64,000 bases of DNA from the NCBI RefSeq assembly GCF_006345805.1, contig NC_043011.1, positions 54,448,464-54,512,463 of the forward strand. The letters are read 5' to 3'. Positions 38,706 through 51,021 of this stretch are shown here, piece after piece (the stretch's first letter is position 1; the number at the start of each line of letters is the position of its first letter). A program made the translations under genes and the position numbers. The notes beneath the pieces are model-generated. The model made no database searches and was not told the DNA's origin. It saw only the letters and a program-made list of their open reading frames with translations. Source of the DNA: Octopus sinensis (Eukaryota).

Positions 38706-39664
38706 TCAAATAAGTACCAGTTATCCACTAGGGTCGATGTAATCGACTTAATCCCTTTGTCTGCTCTTGTTTGTCCCCTCTATGTTTAGTCCCCTGTGGG
38801 CAATAATGACAAATATAAAGTACACGCACACCACACATTTTCAAACACATATACATACCACCCTATATATATATAAACATACACACACATATAGATACAT
38901 ATGTATATGTATTCTTTTATGCTTTTACTTGTTTCAGTCATTTGACTGCAGCCATGCTGGAGCACTGCCTTAAAGGGTTTTAGTCGAAGAAACCAACCCC
39001 AGTACTTGTTCTTTGTAAGCCTAGTTCATATTCTATTGGTCTTTTTTGCCGAACTGCTAGATCATGGGGACGCAAACACACCAACATCAGTTGTCAAGCC
39101 GTGAGAACAGGATTGGGAAGTAAGAGGTAGGCATAGTGTATGAAGGAGGAAATGTGAGGACGAGATGTAGAGATGTAGACTGGTTTGTTGGGGCAGCGCG
39201 TGTGAAAAGCTTTCTTGTTACATGTGGGTAGAACACACAGATTGGGGGTTAGCAGATAGCAATGATACAGTGAGACAGGGTGAGTGGGTTAGGGGCTAAT
39301 GGATAGCAATGATACAGTGAGATAGGGCCACCTTTTCTAATCTTCTGCCCCACCCTCAAATGCTCTAATTACCTTCTGGTACCTTAAGGGTTTACTCTGA
39401 TATTACTATCATCATTATCTTCCCTTCTTGCTCCATTCTATTCCAATTATTCCCACCTGCCCTAATATAATGCAGTGTATTCATATATGCCCTGTTCAAC
39501 AATGAACTTGTGCCTGTCCCTTATCTCATACTTTAATCTCTCAACATCTATTATAAAGCCTCCTCGCTCTGTACAGCATTCACTCAGTCAAGGGGAAGTC
39601 CTTTAGTTTTGTGGGTTACATGGTGACCTCATTAATGCTGGGACTATGAAAATAGCACCCAGTA

Positions 39665-40168
39665 CATTAGGAAGGGCACCCACCCATAGGAGTTTGGCTT
39701 TAGCAAGGGCATCTAGTCATAGGAGTTGGTATTAGGAAGAGCACCTAGCCAAGGGATTGGCATTAGGAATGGCATCTAGCCATAGAGGTTGGCAGTTGAA
39801 AGGGCACCTAGCCGTAGTGGTTGGCATTAGGAATGGGACCCAGCCATAAAGATTGGCATTAGGAAGGGCACCCAACCATAGCGGCTGGCATTAGGAAGGG
39901 CACCCAGCCATAGCAGTTGGCATTAGCAAGGGCACCTAGCCATAGGGGTTGGCATTAGGAATGGGACCCAGCCATAATGATTGGCATTAGCAAGGGCACC
40001 TAGCCATGGGATTGGCATTAGGAAAGGCATCTAGCCATAGAGGTTGGCAGTTAATAGGGCACTTAGCTATAGAGGTTGGCATTAGGAAGGGCACCCAGCC
40101 ATAAAGATTGGTATTAGGAAGGGCACCCAGCTATAGCAGTTGGCATTAGCAAGGGCACCTAGCCATAG
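39665..40168 (+). repeat. ~32-bp minisatellite (~16 copies) derived from the RTE 3' UTR motif
   Basis: Unit ggttggcattaggaagggcacccagccatag(a), flanked by the upstream and downstream parts of a family D 3' end. Confidence 0.9.
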
Positions 40169-40538
40169 AAACCATGCTAAAGCTGAGACAGTGGAATAAG
40201 ACAGGTTGCCTAATCTATGCCAGCATGGAAAGCAGACATAAAATAATGATGATGATGATGATATATAATGCCATCGTCATAACCATCCTTCAATCAATAT
40301 GTTAATCATCATCATCATCATCATTCTCACCACTACAGACAACATCAACATCAACACCTTCGCACACATATTTTCCCCCATACAATCGAGAGTTTGCTAA
40401 AATCTTTAGAAACAGAGTTTGTTCAGTTTCTTTCGATTACATAAAAAGCCAACAGCTCTTGGAGTGTCTCGGTGAATAAAAAACTAAATCAATAACAACA
40501 GCAGCAACAACAACAATAATAATAACAATAATAATAAC

Positions 40539-40570
<32 letters not shown>

Positions 40571-41247
40571 TAATAATAATAATAATGTGATATCTTGCAT
40601 AGCTTTACAGCTAAATAGTGGTAACAGTGGCAGTGGTGTAAAACATTCACTGCCGCCCAGTATCACTTTACGGAGAATCACAAAAATAATGGTAATTTAA
40701 GCCCCGAGTTGCAGACCACACCTTACTTTCAACTCTTCAGACATGAGCCTACAAACGAAGACGTCTATGTTGTTGTTACTAGAGCAGCTCATCCCATTAC
40801 ACCCAAACATTGTAGGAAGTGGAAAAGGAAAGAAAGGACAAAATGAATAATGGAATCCGGGATATACAAAGAAACAAAAAAAAAAAAGGAGAATCTAGAA
40901 TGATTAAAGCTAGAATAGCTAATGTGTAATGCTTGCTGAAAGTGGGTTTACTCGGGGTTAAACAACAGCCTTCGATAACCAACAATTGAGAGAAAGTTGT
41001 GTTGTGTTTGTTTAAGAATCAGGCCGTGGCTGTGTGGTAAGAAGCTTGCTTTCCGATCTTGTGGTTCTGGGTTCAGTCCCACTGTGTGAGTGATTTCTAC
41101 TATAGCCTTACTGTAGTGTCTTCTACTATAGCCTCAGGTCAATCAAAGCCTTGTAAGTGGATTTGGTAGACAGAAACTGAAAGAAGCCCATCATATGTGT
41201 GTGTGTGTGTGTGTGTATATGTATATATGAGTGTGCATATGTATATA

Positions 41248-41285
<38 letters not shown>

Positions 41286-41630
41286 CAAGTGCGTGAGCAT
41301 ATATATATATGTATGTGTGTGTGTATAGGTGCAAGAGTGGCTATAGGCACAGAAGTGGCTATGTGGTAAGTAGCTTGCTTACCAACCACATGGTTCCAGT
41401 TTCAGTCCCACTGTATGATACCTTGGGCAAGTGTCTTCTACTATAGCCTCGGGCCGACCAAAGCCTTGTGAGTGGATTTGGTAGACGGAAACTGAAAGAA
41501 ACCTATCGCATTGTGTGTGTGTGTATATATAATATATATTTACGTATCTGTGTTTGTCCCCCCACCATCGCTTGACTACTGATGCTGGTGTGTTTACGTC
41601 CCTGTAACTTAGTGGTTCGGCAAAAGTAAA

Positions 41631-41879
41631 CCAGGGATCCACAATAGTGTTTTAATGGCCCCTGAAAAGTTTTTGCTTTAGATGCATGTATTGATATGTA
41701 TTGCAAGAAACAGCAAGGTTTCTTTCTATGACATTTTACACAGTTCAACCTATAAAAGCTAATGTGTGAAAAATAAAAGAAATTTTGACAGAAGTTTCTA
41801 CAGAACTAGTTTTTTAAACATTGAATGGCTATGGAGGTCCACCAGGATAAAATAGTAATCAAATCGTTGAGAACCCCTG
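41631..41879. mobile_element. hAT-type MITE
   Basis: Terminus gttgagaacccctg; related ends at ~16880 and ~44613. Confidence 0.5.
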
Positions 41880-42400
41880 CTTTAAAGGGTCACCATTTCA
41901 GAGGCTTGTCTTCACAATCACACTCTTTTAGTCATCACTCAATATTCATGACTAAAGCTGAAGATAAGCATGGAAACCAAACTGAAGATAGCAAGTATGG
42001 CTTTTTAAAAATTTTTACTAACTTCTCCTTTTTTGAAGATCGAATGCTGAAACTGGTGTATTACTGTATAATAGCACCTGCAATTCTAGCATCCACTTCA
42101 GCCTCCTGCGTCCCATCGCTTGTGGATATGGCCTGAAGATTCTGAAACTTTTCCACTGTCCTCAGTGATGTTCACCTAGCATGCATGGTGCACTGGAAGG
42201 ACTTTCTTGAGAGGACCAATGTCTCAGTCTTTGCAACACTCATTCTCATTCCTGCCTTACATCACTCTGCAACAAACCCATTTAGTGCACACAGGAAATT
42301 ATCTTCTGACAAGCCAGATAGCACTGTGTTGTCTGCAACAACTATCAGCCAACAGATCCAACACACACTTCACCATACAACACACAGGCCTCCCCCTTCT
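41880..42400 (-). mobile_element. Decayed RTE (Rex3/Expander-like) reverse transcriptase fragment
   Basis: VADNTVLSGLSEDNFLCALNGFVAE*CKAGMRMSVAKTETLVLSRK..VEKFQNL..EVDARIAGA..GHEY*VMTKR..QASEM. Confidence 0.8.
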
Positions 42401-43221
42401 TTTCATCACCTTCCTTGCTTCCGTATTTTCAAACTTGATAAAGAGCCAATGTCTGAAACATTGATAAATTGTTTTCCTTTTCAACACTGACTTTACTTTT
42501 TTTTTATTTTTTATTATTATTTTTTTTTTTGGTGGGGACGGATTTGGAATTTTATATTAATGAACTGACTCTAGTCCTAAAAGGGCTTTACAAATGAATC
42601 TGAGCATTAATTTGGGCATTTAATCCGATGTATATACAAATGACTAAGTTAACATTTCCGTTTTGATGCCCTGAACTTTGTTTTAAAGAAGCCCTATAAT
42701 GAAATATAGAACTGTTTGATCTCACATATGGAAAACATTCTACAGAATCAAAACATCTCTTCACATTGAAGAAAAAAAAATAATAAAATATCTGAAACAG
42801 GAAATAGACAAAAAAAAAAGAATTCTTTTTAAAAAGTGATAAGTTTAAATTTTGTGTAAGTGATAATATGCAAATGTGTAACAGAATTGGTGAAGCTCAG
42901 ACTAAAAGAAACTACAGCAGTTAATCATGGAAAGATTAGATGTTGTGTATTTCAGGCAGCTTTGAAAGAAATGATGCCAGGCTACTGAAGCAGAATTGGC
43001 AAGATTACCAACCAACATGTGGCTCCATCATATCACTTAACTAACCATGCAGTAATTTAAGAAACTCACATCCGCTCATATAATCCAGTCAAATCTCACC
43101 TCAAACATATCTTCACAGATTTTTCAAAAATTCACATTAAAAAAAAAAAATAGAAAAAACTTCCCAAAAATGTTGATAACATGAGCCACTGAAATGAGAG
43201 TATGTGTCGGGCAAATCTCTT

Positions 43222-43380
43222 TACATAACCCAACCAAAACTATTTATACAACCCAGCCAAACAAGTTCATAGAACTCAACCAAACTTCTTTACATAACCC
43301 AACCAAACTTATTTATGCAACCCAGCCAAATTCTACTTATATATCCCAGCCAAACCAGTTCAGATAACTCAGCAAAATTG
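43222..43380. repeat. ~22-bp degenerate minisatellite
   Basis: Unit approximately cataacccaaccaaacttattta. Confidence 0.7.
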
Positions 43381-44675
43381 TTTCGCTGAGCCTGTAAAAC
43401 CTGTCCCTTGATGTCTAAAATACTAGGCTTTTTGCATTTTGGATTGTATTCACATGGGTGAAATTAAATGCTTTTTTGTTGTTTTTTTTTTGCTGTGGCG
43501 AGATACCCGTTTTATTGTTAACCTCACAATATCATATTAAGAAATCTGTAATACAGTAACAACAATGAAATTTGAATTAATGTAGTCTGCAAGCCCAGCA
43601 CCATAATCTCACGGATAATGTGCTTTGAATAACCAAGTCTTAAATCTCTCGGATACCAGGATTTGAGATTTCCATATATAGAAATCTTCATCTCTGTCTG
43701 ATCATCATCATTGTTTAATGTCCGCTTTCCATGCTGGCATGGGTTGGACAGTTTGACATGGAGCTGGCAAGCAGGGAGCTGTCCAGACTCCAGCTGTCTG
43801 TTGAGGCATGGTTTCTATGGCTGGATGCCCTTCCTGATGCCAACCACTTATCAGAATGTGCTGGGTGCTTTTTTATGTGTCACTGGCATGGGTGCATTAA
43901 CACAGCACCAACACGGGTGTTTTTTAAGTGGTACCAACAGGTATGCATTTAAGTGGCACCGGCACCTGAAACAACAAGTCTGTATGTGTAGAAGACAGCG
44001 ATTTTACTTAGCCTAACGTGTCTTATCAAATACAGCAAATCACCACATCTCCTGGTCAAAGCAGCTCCAGTATGATGATGATGATCATCATCATCGTTTA
44101 ACGTCCGTTCTCCATGCTAGCATGGGTTGGATGGTTCAACCAGGGATCTGGGAAGACAGAAGGCTGCACCAGGCTCCGGTCTTATCTGGCAGTGTTTCTA
44201 CGGCTGGACGCCAACCACTCCGTGAGTGTAGTGGGTGCTTTTTACGTGCCACCAGCACAGAAGCCAGTCGAGGCGGCACTGGCTTTGGCCACGATTCGGA
44301 TGGTGCTTTTTACGTGCAATGAGAGGCTGGTATGCATGGGCAACTGCTGGTCTTCCATAAACAACCTCACCCGGACTTGTCCCTCACAGGGGAACTTTCT
44401 AGGTGTAATCCCTCAGTCATTCATGACCGAAGGGGTCTTAACTTCTTCGGCAATACACTAAATATTTTCACAGATTTTTAAATACAATTTCTTACAACAT
44501 TTAATTATATTAATGTAACGGGATTTTCTTAAACAACAAATGGCTATGAGGGACCATTCAAGTGAAATAGGGAACTAAGGGGTCCACAGGTAAAAAAATG
44601 GTTGAGACCCACTGATCTAATTGAAGTGACAGTTAGCCATGGTGATGACAGGTGTATGTGAATAAGCTAAATAGA

Positions 44676-45095
44676 TGCTGTGGCCATTCAACTGTGACGT
44701 TAATTTACTGAGTGATAGATACATCCTCGCTCTCTCTCTCCTGAGTGCTCACTCACACACATACACAACAATGCTATTATCATTCAACTATAATGTTAAT
44801 TGATTCTGAGTGACAGATACGAACTCTCTTTCTCACTCTCACACACACACACACACACTTATACATCAATTCTGTGTTCAATCAACTGTGATATTAAATC
44901 GATTCTGAGTGATAGATAAATCCTCTCTCTCTCTCTTTCTCACTCACTCACTCATCAATGCTGTGTTCATTCAACTGTGATGTTAATTGACTCTGAGTGA
45001 AGTGATAGATACGTCCCCTCTCTCTCTCTCTTTTTCATATCAATACTGTGTTCATTCAACCGTGATGTTAATAATCGTTACGTGACAGATAATGT
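44676..45095. repeat. Five ~47 bp conserved blocks separated by variable CT/CA microsatellite spacers
   Basis: Block tgctgtgttcattcaactgtgatgttaattgattctgagtgatagatac at ~44676, 44770, 44865, 44956, 45040. Confidence 0.85.
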
Positions 45096-46361
45096 CCTGT
45101 CTCTCGTGCAGTGATATTCTTTATCATTCAGTGAATAAGAAACAAAATGAAAGTCCTCACATGAGTTCGATGTTTTGCCTTGTGACAGCGACTTAACTGC
45201 AATGAATAATGAATAATGAATAATGAAGATGGAGGCAGCTTAGAACGGTTGCTCAGCGATGATATTGATTTGTTTTGAGTAGACACACAGACAAGATTTA
45301 TAACAAAGCAAGTAAATTTTCTTAATTACCCCTTAATTACTAGTAATTAAGGGATTTCCGTAACTCAGGATATTTCTCTGGCATTTATGCATCATGTATG
45401 ATACACATTCTCAATTCTTTTTCAATTGCCAGAAGAACTTGGGACTTGTAAAAAGAAGTCTCCATATGACTCAGATATTATGAAACAAGGGCAATCTAAA
45501 AATCTGAAAACCAGCATGATGTTTGGACAAATTTGTGAAAATGCTGTGGATAGCAAAGGGTTAATTCTTTGTTGTATTTAAGAAGAAATTTGTTGTGTGT
45601 CCTTGTAATGTTTTCTCTTTTATTCCCCTTGTGGCACATAATAAACAATAATAAATTATTGATTTTGTTGTTCAACTCATTGTCTGTCCTGTGTATTACA
45701 TATGATGGGACATATTTCCTTGGCATCCATGTTATGTTTGTTCCTTCTTGAAAATGTTTGTATTTCTTGCTCAAAAACGTTAGTGTTTCTCAAAGCCGAG
45801 CCAATGAAAGCAGAAGAGGAGGTAACTCTTTCATTACAATGTTATAATTAATTAAAAAAACATTCTCATAACACTGTCCCCCTTAAGGAAAAGTAAGTTT
45901 CACAGAAAATTGATAATACAATTAACATTACAAGCATAACTGCTAATAAGCTTGCTAGGATGGTACAGCCATCAAGTTTTTCACGATACGAATAAAAAGA
46001 CCAGTAAAAGAAGAGAGAAACTCGACTCTTATGAAAGGAAAGCTTTATATTTCTCAGAATGTATGAAAAGAGAGCTAACCGTAAGTCTGCAAACAAGCAT
46101 GGACATTAAGGACAAACTTACGAAGATGCTTTGGATAGGCAAAAGGTTAATATAAAATATCAAATGGAAGTGGATTAGATAAATTACCCAGGCGCAGGAG
46201 TGGCTGTGTGGTAAGTAGCTTGCTTACCAACCACATAGTTCCGGGTTCAGTCTCATTGCGAGGCACCTTGGGCAAGTGTCTTCTACTATAGCCTCGGGCC
46301 GACCAAAGCCTTGTCAGTAGATTTGGCAGATAGAAACTGAAAGAAGCCCGTCATATATATA

Positions 46362-46410
<49 letters not shown>

Positions 46411-46994
46411 GTATGTATGTATGTGTGTGTGTATGTGTGTCTGTGTTTGTTCCCCCCCCCCAGCATCGCTTGACAACCGATGCTGGTGTCTTTACATCCC
46501 TGTAACTTAGCGATTCAGCAAAAGAGACCAATAGAGTAAGTACTACGCTTACAAAGAATAAGTCCTGGGGTTGATTTGCTCGACTAAAGGCAGTGCTCCA
46601 GCATGGCCACAGTCAAATGACTGAAACAAGTAAAGAGAGAGTAAAGAGGTCAAGATACTCTTATTTTAGTTAACTTTATTACTTTCTAGTTAGAAGTACC
46701 ATAACCAGGAGTATCACAGAACAAGAGGGAACTTTACTGCTTGAGAGAGCTCTACTGCCCTTAACAGACAGGAGTACCATACAACAGGAGGGAGTCTTTT
46801 GCTTCAGCTTTTCATAGTGAAGAGTACCATAGAGCTAGAGGAACCTTTTACATTTCAGCTAACTCAGTAAATGCTGAGAGAAGAGAGTAACAGAACCAAA
46901 GATAACTGGTAACCCAGAAAACACTGACAGCTGCAATCAGTTTACATCCCAGTCACTGACATCGAGAAAGTCTTTAAGGAATCTCATAAACATT

Positions 46995-47680
46995 ACATCA
47001 CTGCTTCTCCCAGCACTAAAGTATAGTCCTATCTTGTCCCCACATTATAACATAAGAGCCTTCTTCCTTGCCCTCATATTAAAATACAAGGTTCTTCTAC
47101 CTAGGCCCTACATTAAAATATGGGATTTTTCTTTCTTGCTCCTACAATAAAATATAAAGTCCTACCTAGTCCCTAAATTAATATATAAGGCTATTCTACC
47201 CGGTCCCTAAATTAAAATATAAGGTCCTTCTACTGGGTCCCAACATTAAAATATAATGTCTTTCTAACTGTCCCTAGATTAAATTATAAGGCATTTCTAT
47301 CTAGTCCCTAAATTAAAATATAAGGTCCTTCTACTTAGTCCCTACAATGAAATAAAGGTCCATCTACCTAGTCCCGACATGAAACTTTAGGGTCCTCCTA
47401 GATTGTTCCTGCAATAGAATATAAGGTTCTCCCTAATTCTTACACTAAACTGTGAAGACCCCCTAGCTAATCCCTAAATGAAAATATAAGGTTCTTCTAC
47501 TTAATCCCTATACTAAAAAGTGGACTCCTCCTAGCCTGTTCCTTCACTAAAATATGGGGATCTCCTATCTTATCCCTGTCCCTTCACTAAGATATAAGGT
47601 CTTCTAAACTTGTCCATACACTAAAATATTGGGTCCTTTTACCTTGTCCCTGCACCAAAAAATAGTCCTTTTACCTTGTT
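46995..47680. repeat. Diverged ~34-bp minisatellite (~20 copies)
   Basis: Unit approximately ttctacctagtccctaaattaaaatataaggtcc. Confidence 0.85.
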
Positions 47681-48094
47681 AAACAAAAGAATAAAATATC
47701 TAACAAGCCTGACGTAATCTCTTAGTTTGGGGTTCAAATTTTGCCTCATCCAACTGATATTTCTCACTCTCTGGGTCTCACCAAAATAAAATACGTGTTA
47801 CTGTTGTAGTGTCTGATGTTATGTTTGTTGTAACACAGCCCAACTATGATACAAATAGCAACCAACATGAGGACAGAAAAAGCAATCTAGTTGGCTGATA
47901 ACACCTACCAAGAACTGGTCAGGATTGTGATGACCCATTCACTTTTGATGCCAGTATGGAAATTGGATGTGCAAATGAAAAATAATAATGTTGTTGTCTT
48001 CTTCTTTTAATCAGGACTCACGCCATTAGCCACAAAGAATAATCTCTAATTCAAGCCTACTCTAAGCTACTAAGAATGTGTGTGACAACTTAAG

Positions 48095-48503
48095 ATCCAC
48101 CCACCGCACGCTAAAGACTGGTGGTTGCACGGGCGCGAAAGCTACGTTGTTATCCTCATTCCGTAAACTGTGGCTTTTTAACGGGTTAAGAGCTAAACCA
48201 TCCTGGGGTACATAAACCATCCTGGGGTACAGAGGATTCGCAATCTAGACTAGGGTCTGAAAGTTTACCACACCATAGTGGGTTACACCACGGTTCCTCT
48301 GCTTTGTGGCAGAAATAGGATGAAAGAGTGAGAGAAAGTTGTGGTGAAAGAGTACAGTGGGGTTCATCACCACACCCCACCGGAGCCTCGTGGAGCTTAG
48401 GTGTTTTTGCTCAATAATACTCACAATGCCTGGTCTGGAAATCAAAACCGCGTTCTTATGACCGCAAGTCTGCTGCCCTAACCACTGGGCCATTGCACCT
48501 CCA
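48095..48503 (-). mobile_element. SINE family C (tail type 3)
   Basis: Shared head and core; different tail containing a gtaccccaggatggttta duplication. Confidence 0.75.
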
Positions 48504-48683
48504 CTGATGTTGTTGTTGCAGTTATTGTTGTTACTCCCACAACACTGGGATTGACAATCGCTTTTATTGTTGTTGCTGAGACCTCGATCAGGCATCATTT
48601 AGCAGAGCTATAGTCAAAGGTGTTGCTTACATGATCATCCTACCTGTATACAGGTGTTAGGTATCCCAGGATACCTTTACCTG

Positions 48684-49100
48684 ACAGCTGTGTTCACTAG
48701 GTCAATAGTTCAATAAGCTAACATGACAACATAGTCACTCAATCAGTTGTTCAATACTCTACCTTGAGACAGCATTCACTAGGTCAGTAGTTCAACACTC
48801 TAACATGACACTGTGATCATTAGACCTCTAGTTCATACCTAAACAGAACAGGGTGTTCACTAGATCATTAGTTCAATACCCAAACACAACACTGTGTTCA
48901 CTAGACCTCTAGTTATATACCCAAATATAAGTGTGTTCACTAGATTTCTAGTTCAATACCTTAACATGACATTGTGTTCACTAGATCAGTAGTTCAATAC
49001 AAAAACCTAAGGTGCTGTTTACTAGGTCAGTAGTTCAATACTCTAACATGACACTGTGGTCATTAGACCTCTAGTTCAATACCCAAATATAAGTGTGCTG
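48684..49100. repeat. ~40-bp minisatellite (~10 copies)
   Basis: Unit approximately gtgttcactagatcagtagttcaatactctaacatgacact. Confidence 0.85.
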
Positions 49101-49782
49101 GTGGCACGTGAAAAAACATTGAGCATGGTCATTACATGGTCATTTTATGTGCAGGTGATGGACATAAATGGGTTTTGAGTGGGTGTATGAGAGAGACAGA
49201 GAGGGAGGAGTGATATAGGAGAAAGGAATAAAAAATAAGAGAGTGGTAAAAGGGTAAAAGTGAGAAAATAGAAATAATAAAGTTAATAAAATAAAATAAA
49301 AGTAAAGGTAATGAGAGATATATCATAAAAGGGTTTTGTGAGTGAGTATGGATGGGAGAGAGAGGAGAAAGGGAATAAAAATAAGATAGAGGTAACAGGG
49401 TAAGAATAAGAATAAAAATAAAAATAAATAAAAGTAAAGGTAATGATATAGATATGTCAGTATTGTTTGGGGGTTAGAGGTCAAACATTAAAGTTTCAGT
49501 AGAGTTGGGGTGGAAGGCCAATTTAGGTAAGGTTATAAGGACAATAATTTAGTGCAGGTATTTAAAAATTGTATTTCAAGCTTAATAGCAATAAAATGAT
49601 ATGAAATAAAGGATTAAGAATTGAAATTAATACACAAAATTAAAATTTTAAAAAACCCACAAAAACTAAAAATTAAAAGTTACTGAGTTGAAACTAGGTA
49701 GTTTCTAAGATACTTATATTGATGGAGAGGTAGGGGAAAAGAAGAGAGTCTACACACACACACACACACACATAGAGATATG

Positions 49783-50187
49783 CAAAAATTTACATTCAGA
49801 TGAATATGGTACCTAAGTTGAGGCACCAGAATTTAGTACGGTATTTCAAAATAAGGTGATTAAAATCAAAATAAGCAACAAGGATATCCAGAGCTAATGC
49901 AGTACGATCGTTTCATGCAACTCCATTTAATTGAACAATGCTATCATTACATCAATTTAAATGCAGTACAATCCTCAGCTGCATAAAGACGTAGAATTTA
50001 ATTAAATTAAAACAGATGGACACATTAGTATAATTTTAACTAAAATCTCCAAGACGGTAAGGAGATACACAAAGAACATGCTTAGGTAATTAATGTAATG
50101 ACTGCACTGTTCAATTAAATGGAGTTGTTTGAAACGATCGTACTGCATTACCTCTGGATATCCTTGTTGCTTATTTTGATTTTAATT
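49783..50187. mobile_element. Hammerhead-bearing element with inverted arms and a 13-bp target-site duplication
   Basis: acatagagatatg at 49770-49782 and 50188-50200; arms ~49856-49955 and ~50093-50187 are inverted. Confidence 0.8.
49898..49983 (-). ncRNA. Type I hammerhead motif with long stem II
   Basis: UGCAG CUGAGGA [~19 bp imperfect stem II] GAAAC GAUC GUA CUGCA; perfect 5-bp stem I. Confidence 0.75.
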
Positions 50188-50450
50188 ACATAGAGATATG
50201 TGTAAAATATATAGGGTAGCAAATATTTTTAGAAATTTCACTACCAGTGGCCTAGCATGTATAAAAAGTCAATATATATATATGTATATATATACATATA
50301 TATACATATACACACATACATACACATATATATACACACACATATTTGTACATATATATATATATACACATATTTGTACATATATATATATACATATATA
50401 TACACATATTTGTACATATATATATATGCACATATATATACATATACACA

Positions 50451-50488
<38 letters not shown>

Positions 50489-50685
50489 CATATTTATACA
50501 TATATATATACACATACATATTTATACATATATGTGTATATATATATACACATATATACAAATATATATAAACACATTCTGGTGTAGGCTTTGACCTGGC
50601 TGGCTTTTGAGGTATCGTCCCACCCATGTCAGCATGGAGCATAGATGTTAAATGATGATGATGATGAGATGATATATATATATAT

Positions 50686-50716
<31 letters not shown>

Positions 50717-51021
50717 ATATATATATATTATACACACACACACACACACATTCATATTTCCTCATGTTGAACTGTCACTACCCTTTTTCTTCATCTCTGT
50801 TTCTGTAAATTTGAACTATGCACACTATATAATATATATATATATATATATATAGGCACAGGTGTGGCTCTGTGTGAAGTAGCTTGCTTACCAACCACAT
50901 GGTTCCAGGTTCATTCCCACTGCATGGCACCTTTGGCAAGTGTCTTCTACTATAGCCTTGGGCCGACCAAAGCCTTGTGAGTGGATTTGGTAGACAGAAA
51001 CTGAAAGAAGCCTGCCATGTA

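Noticed and set aside
44676-45095. CRISPR array
   Set aside because: Eukaryotic intron, spacers are related microsatellites, and there are no cas genes.
45216-45559. Plus-strand kinase-like EDGGSLERLL and a downstream exon-like segment
   Set aside because: In-frame TGA near 45276, no consistent splice phase, and antisense to INPP5A.
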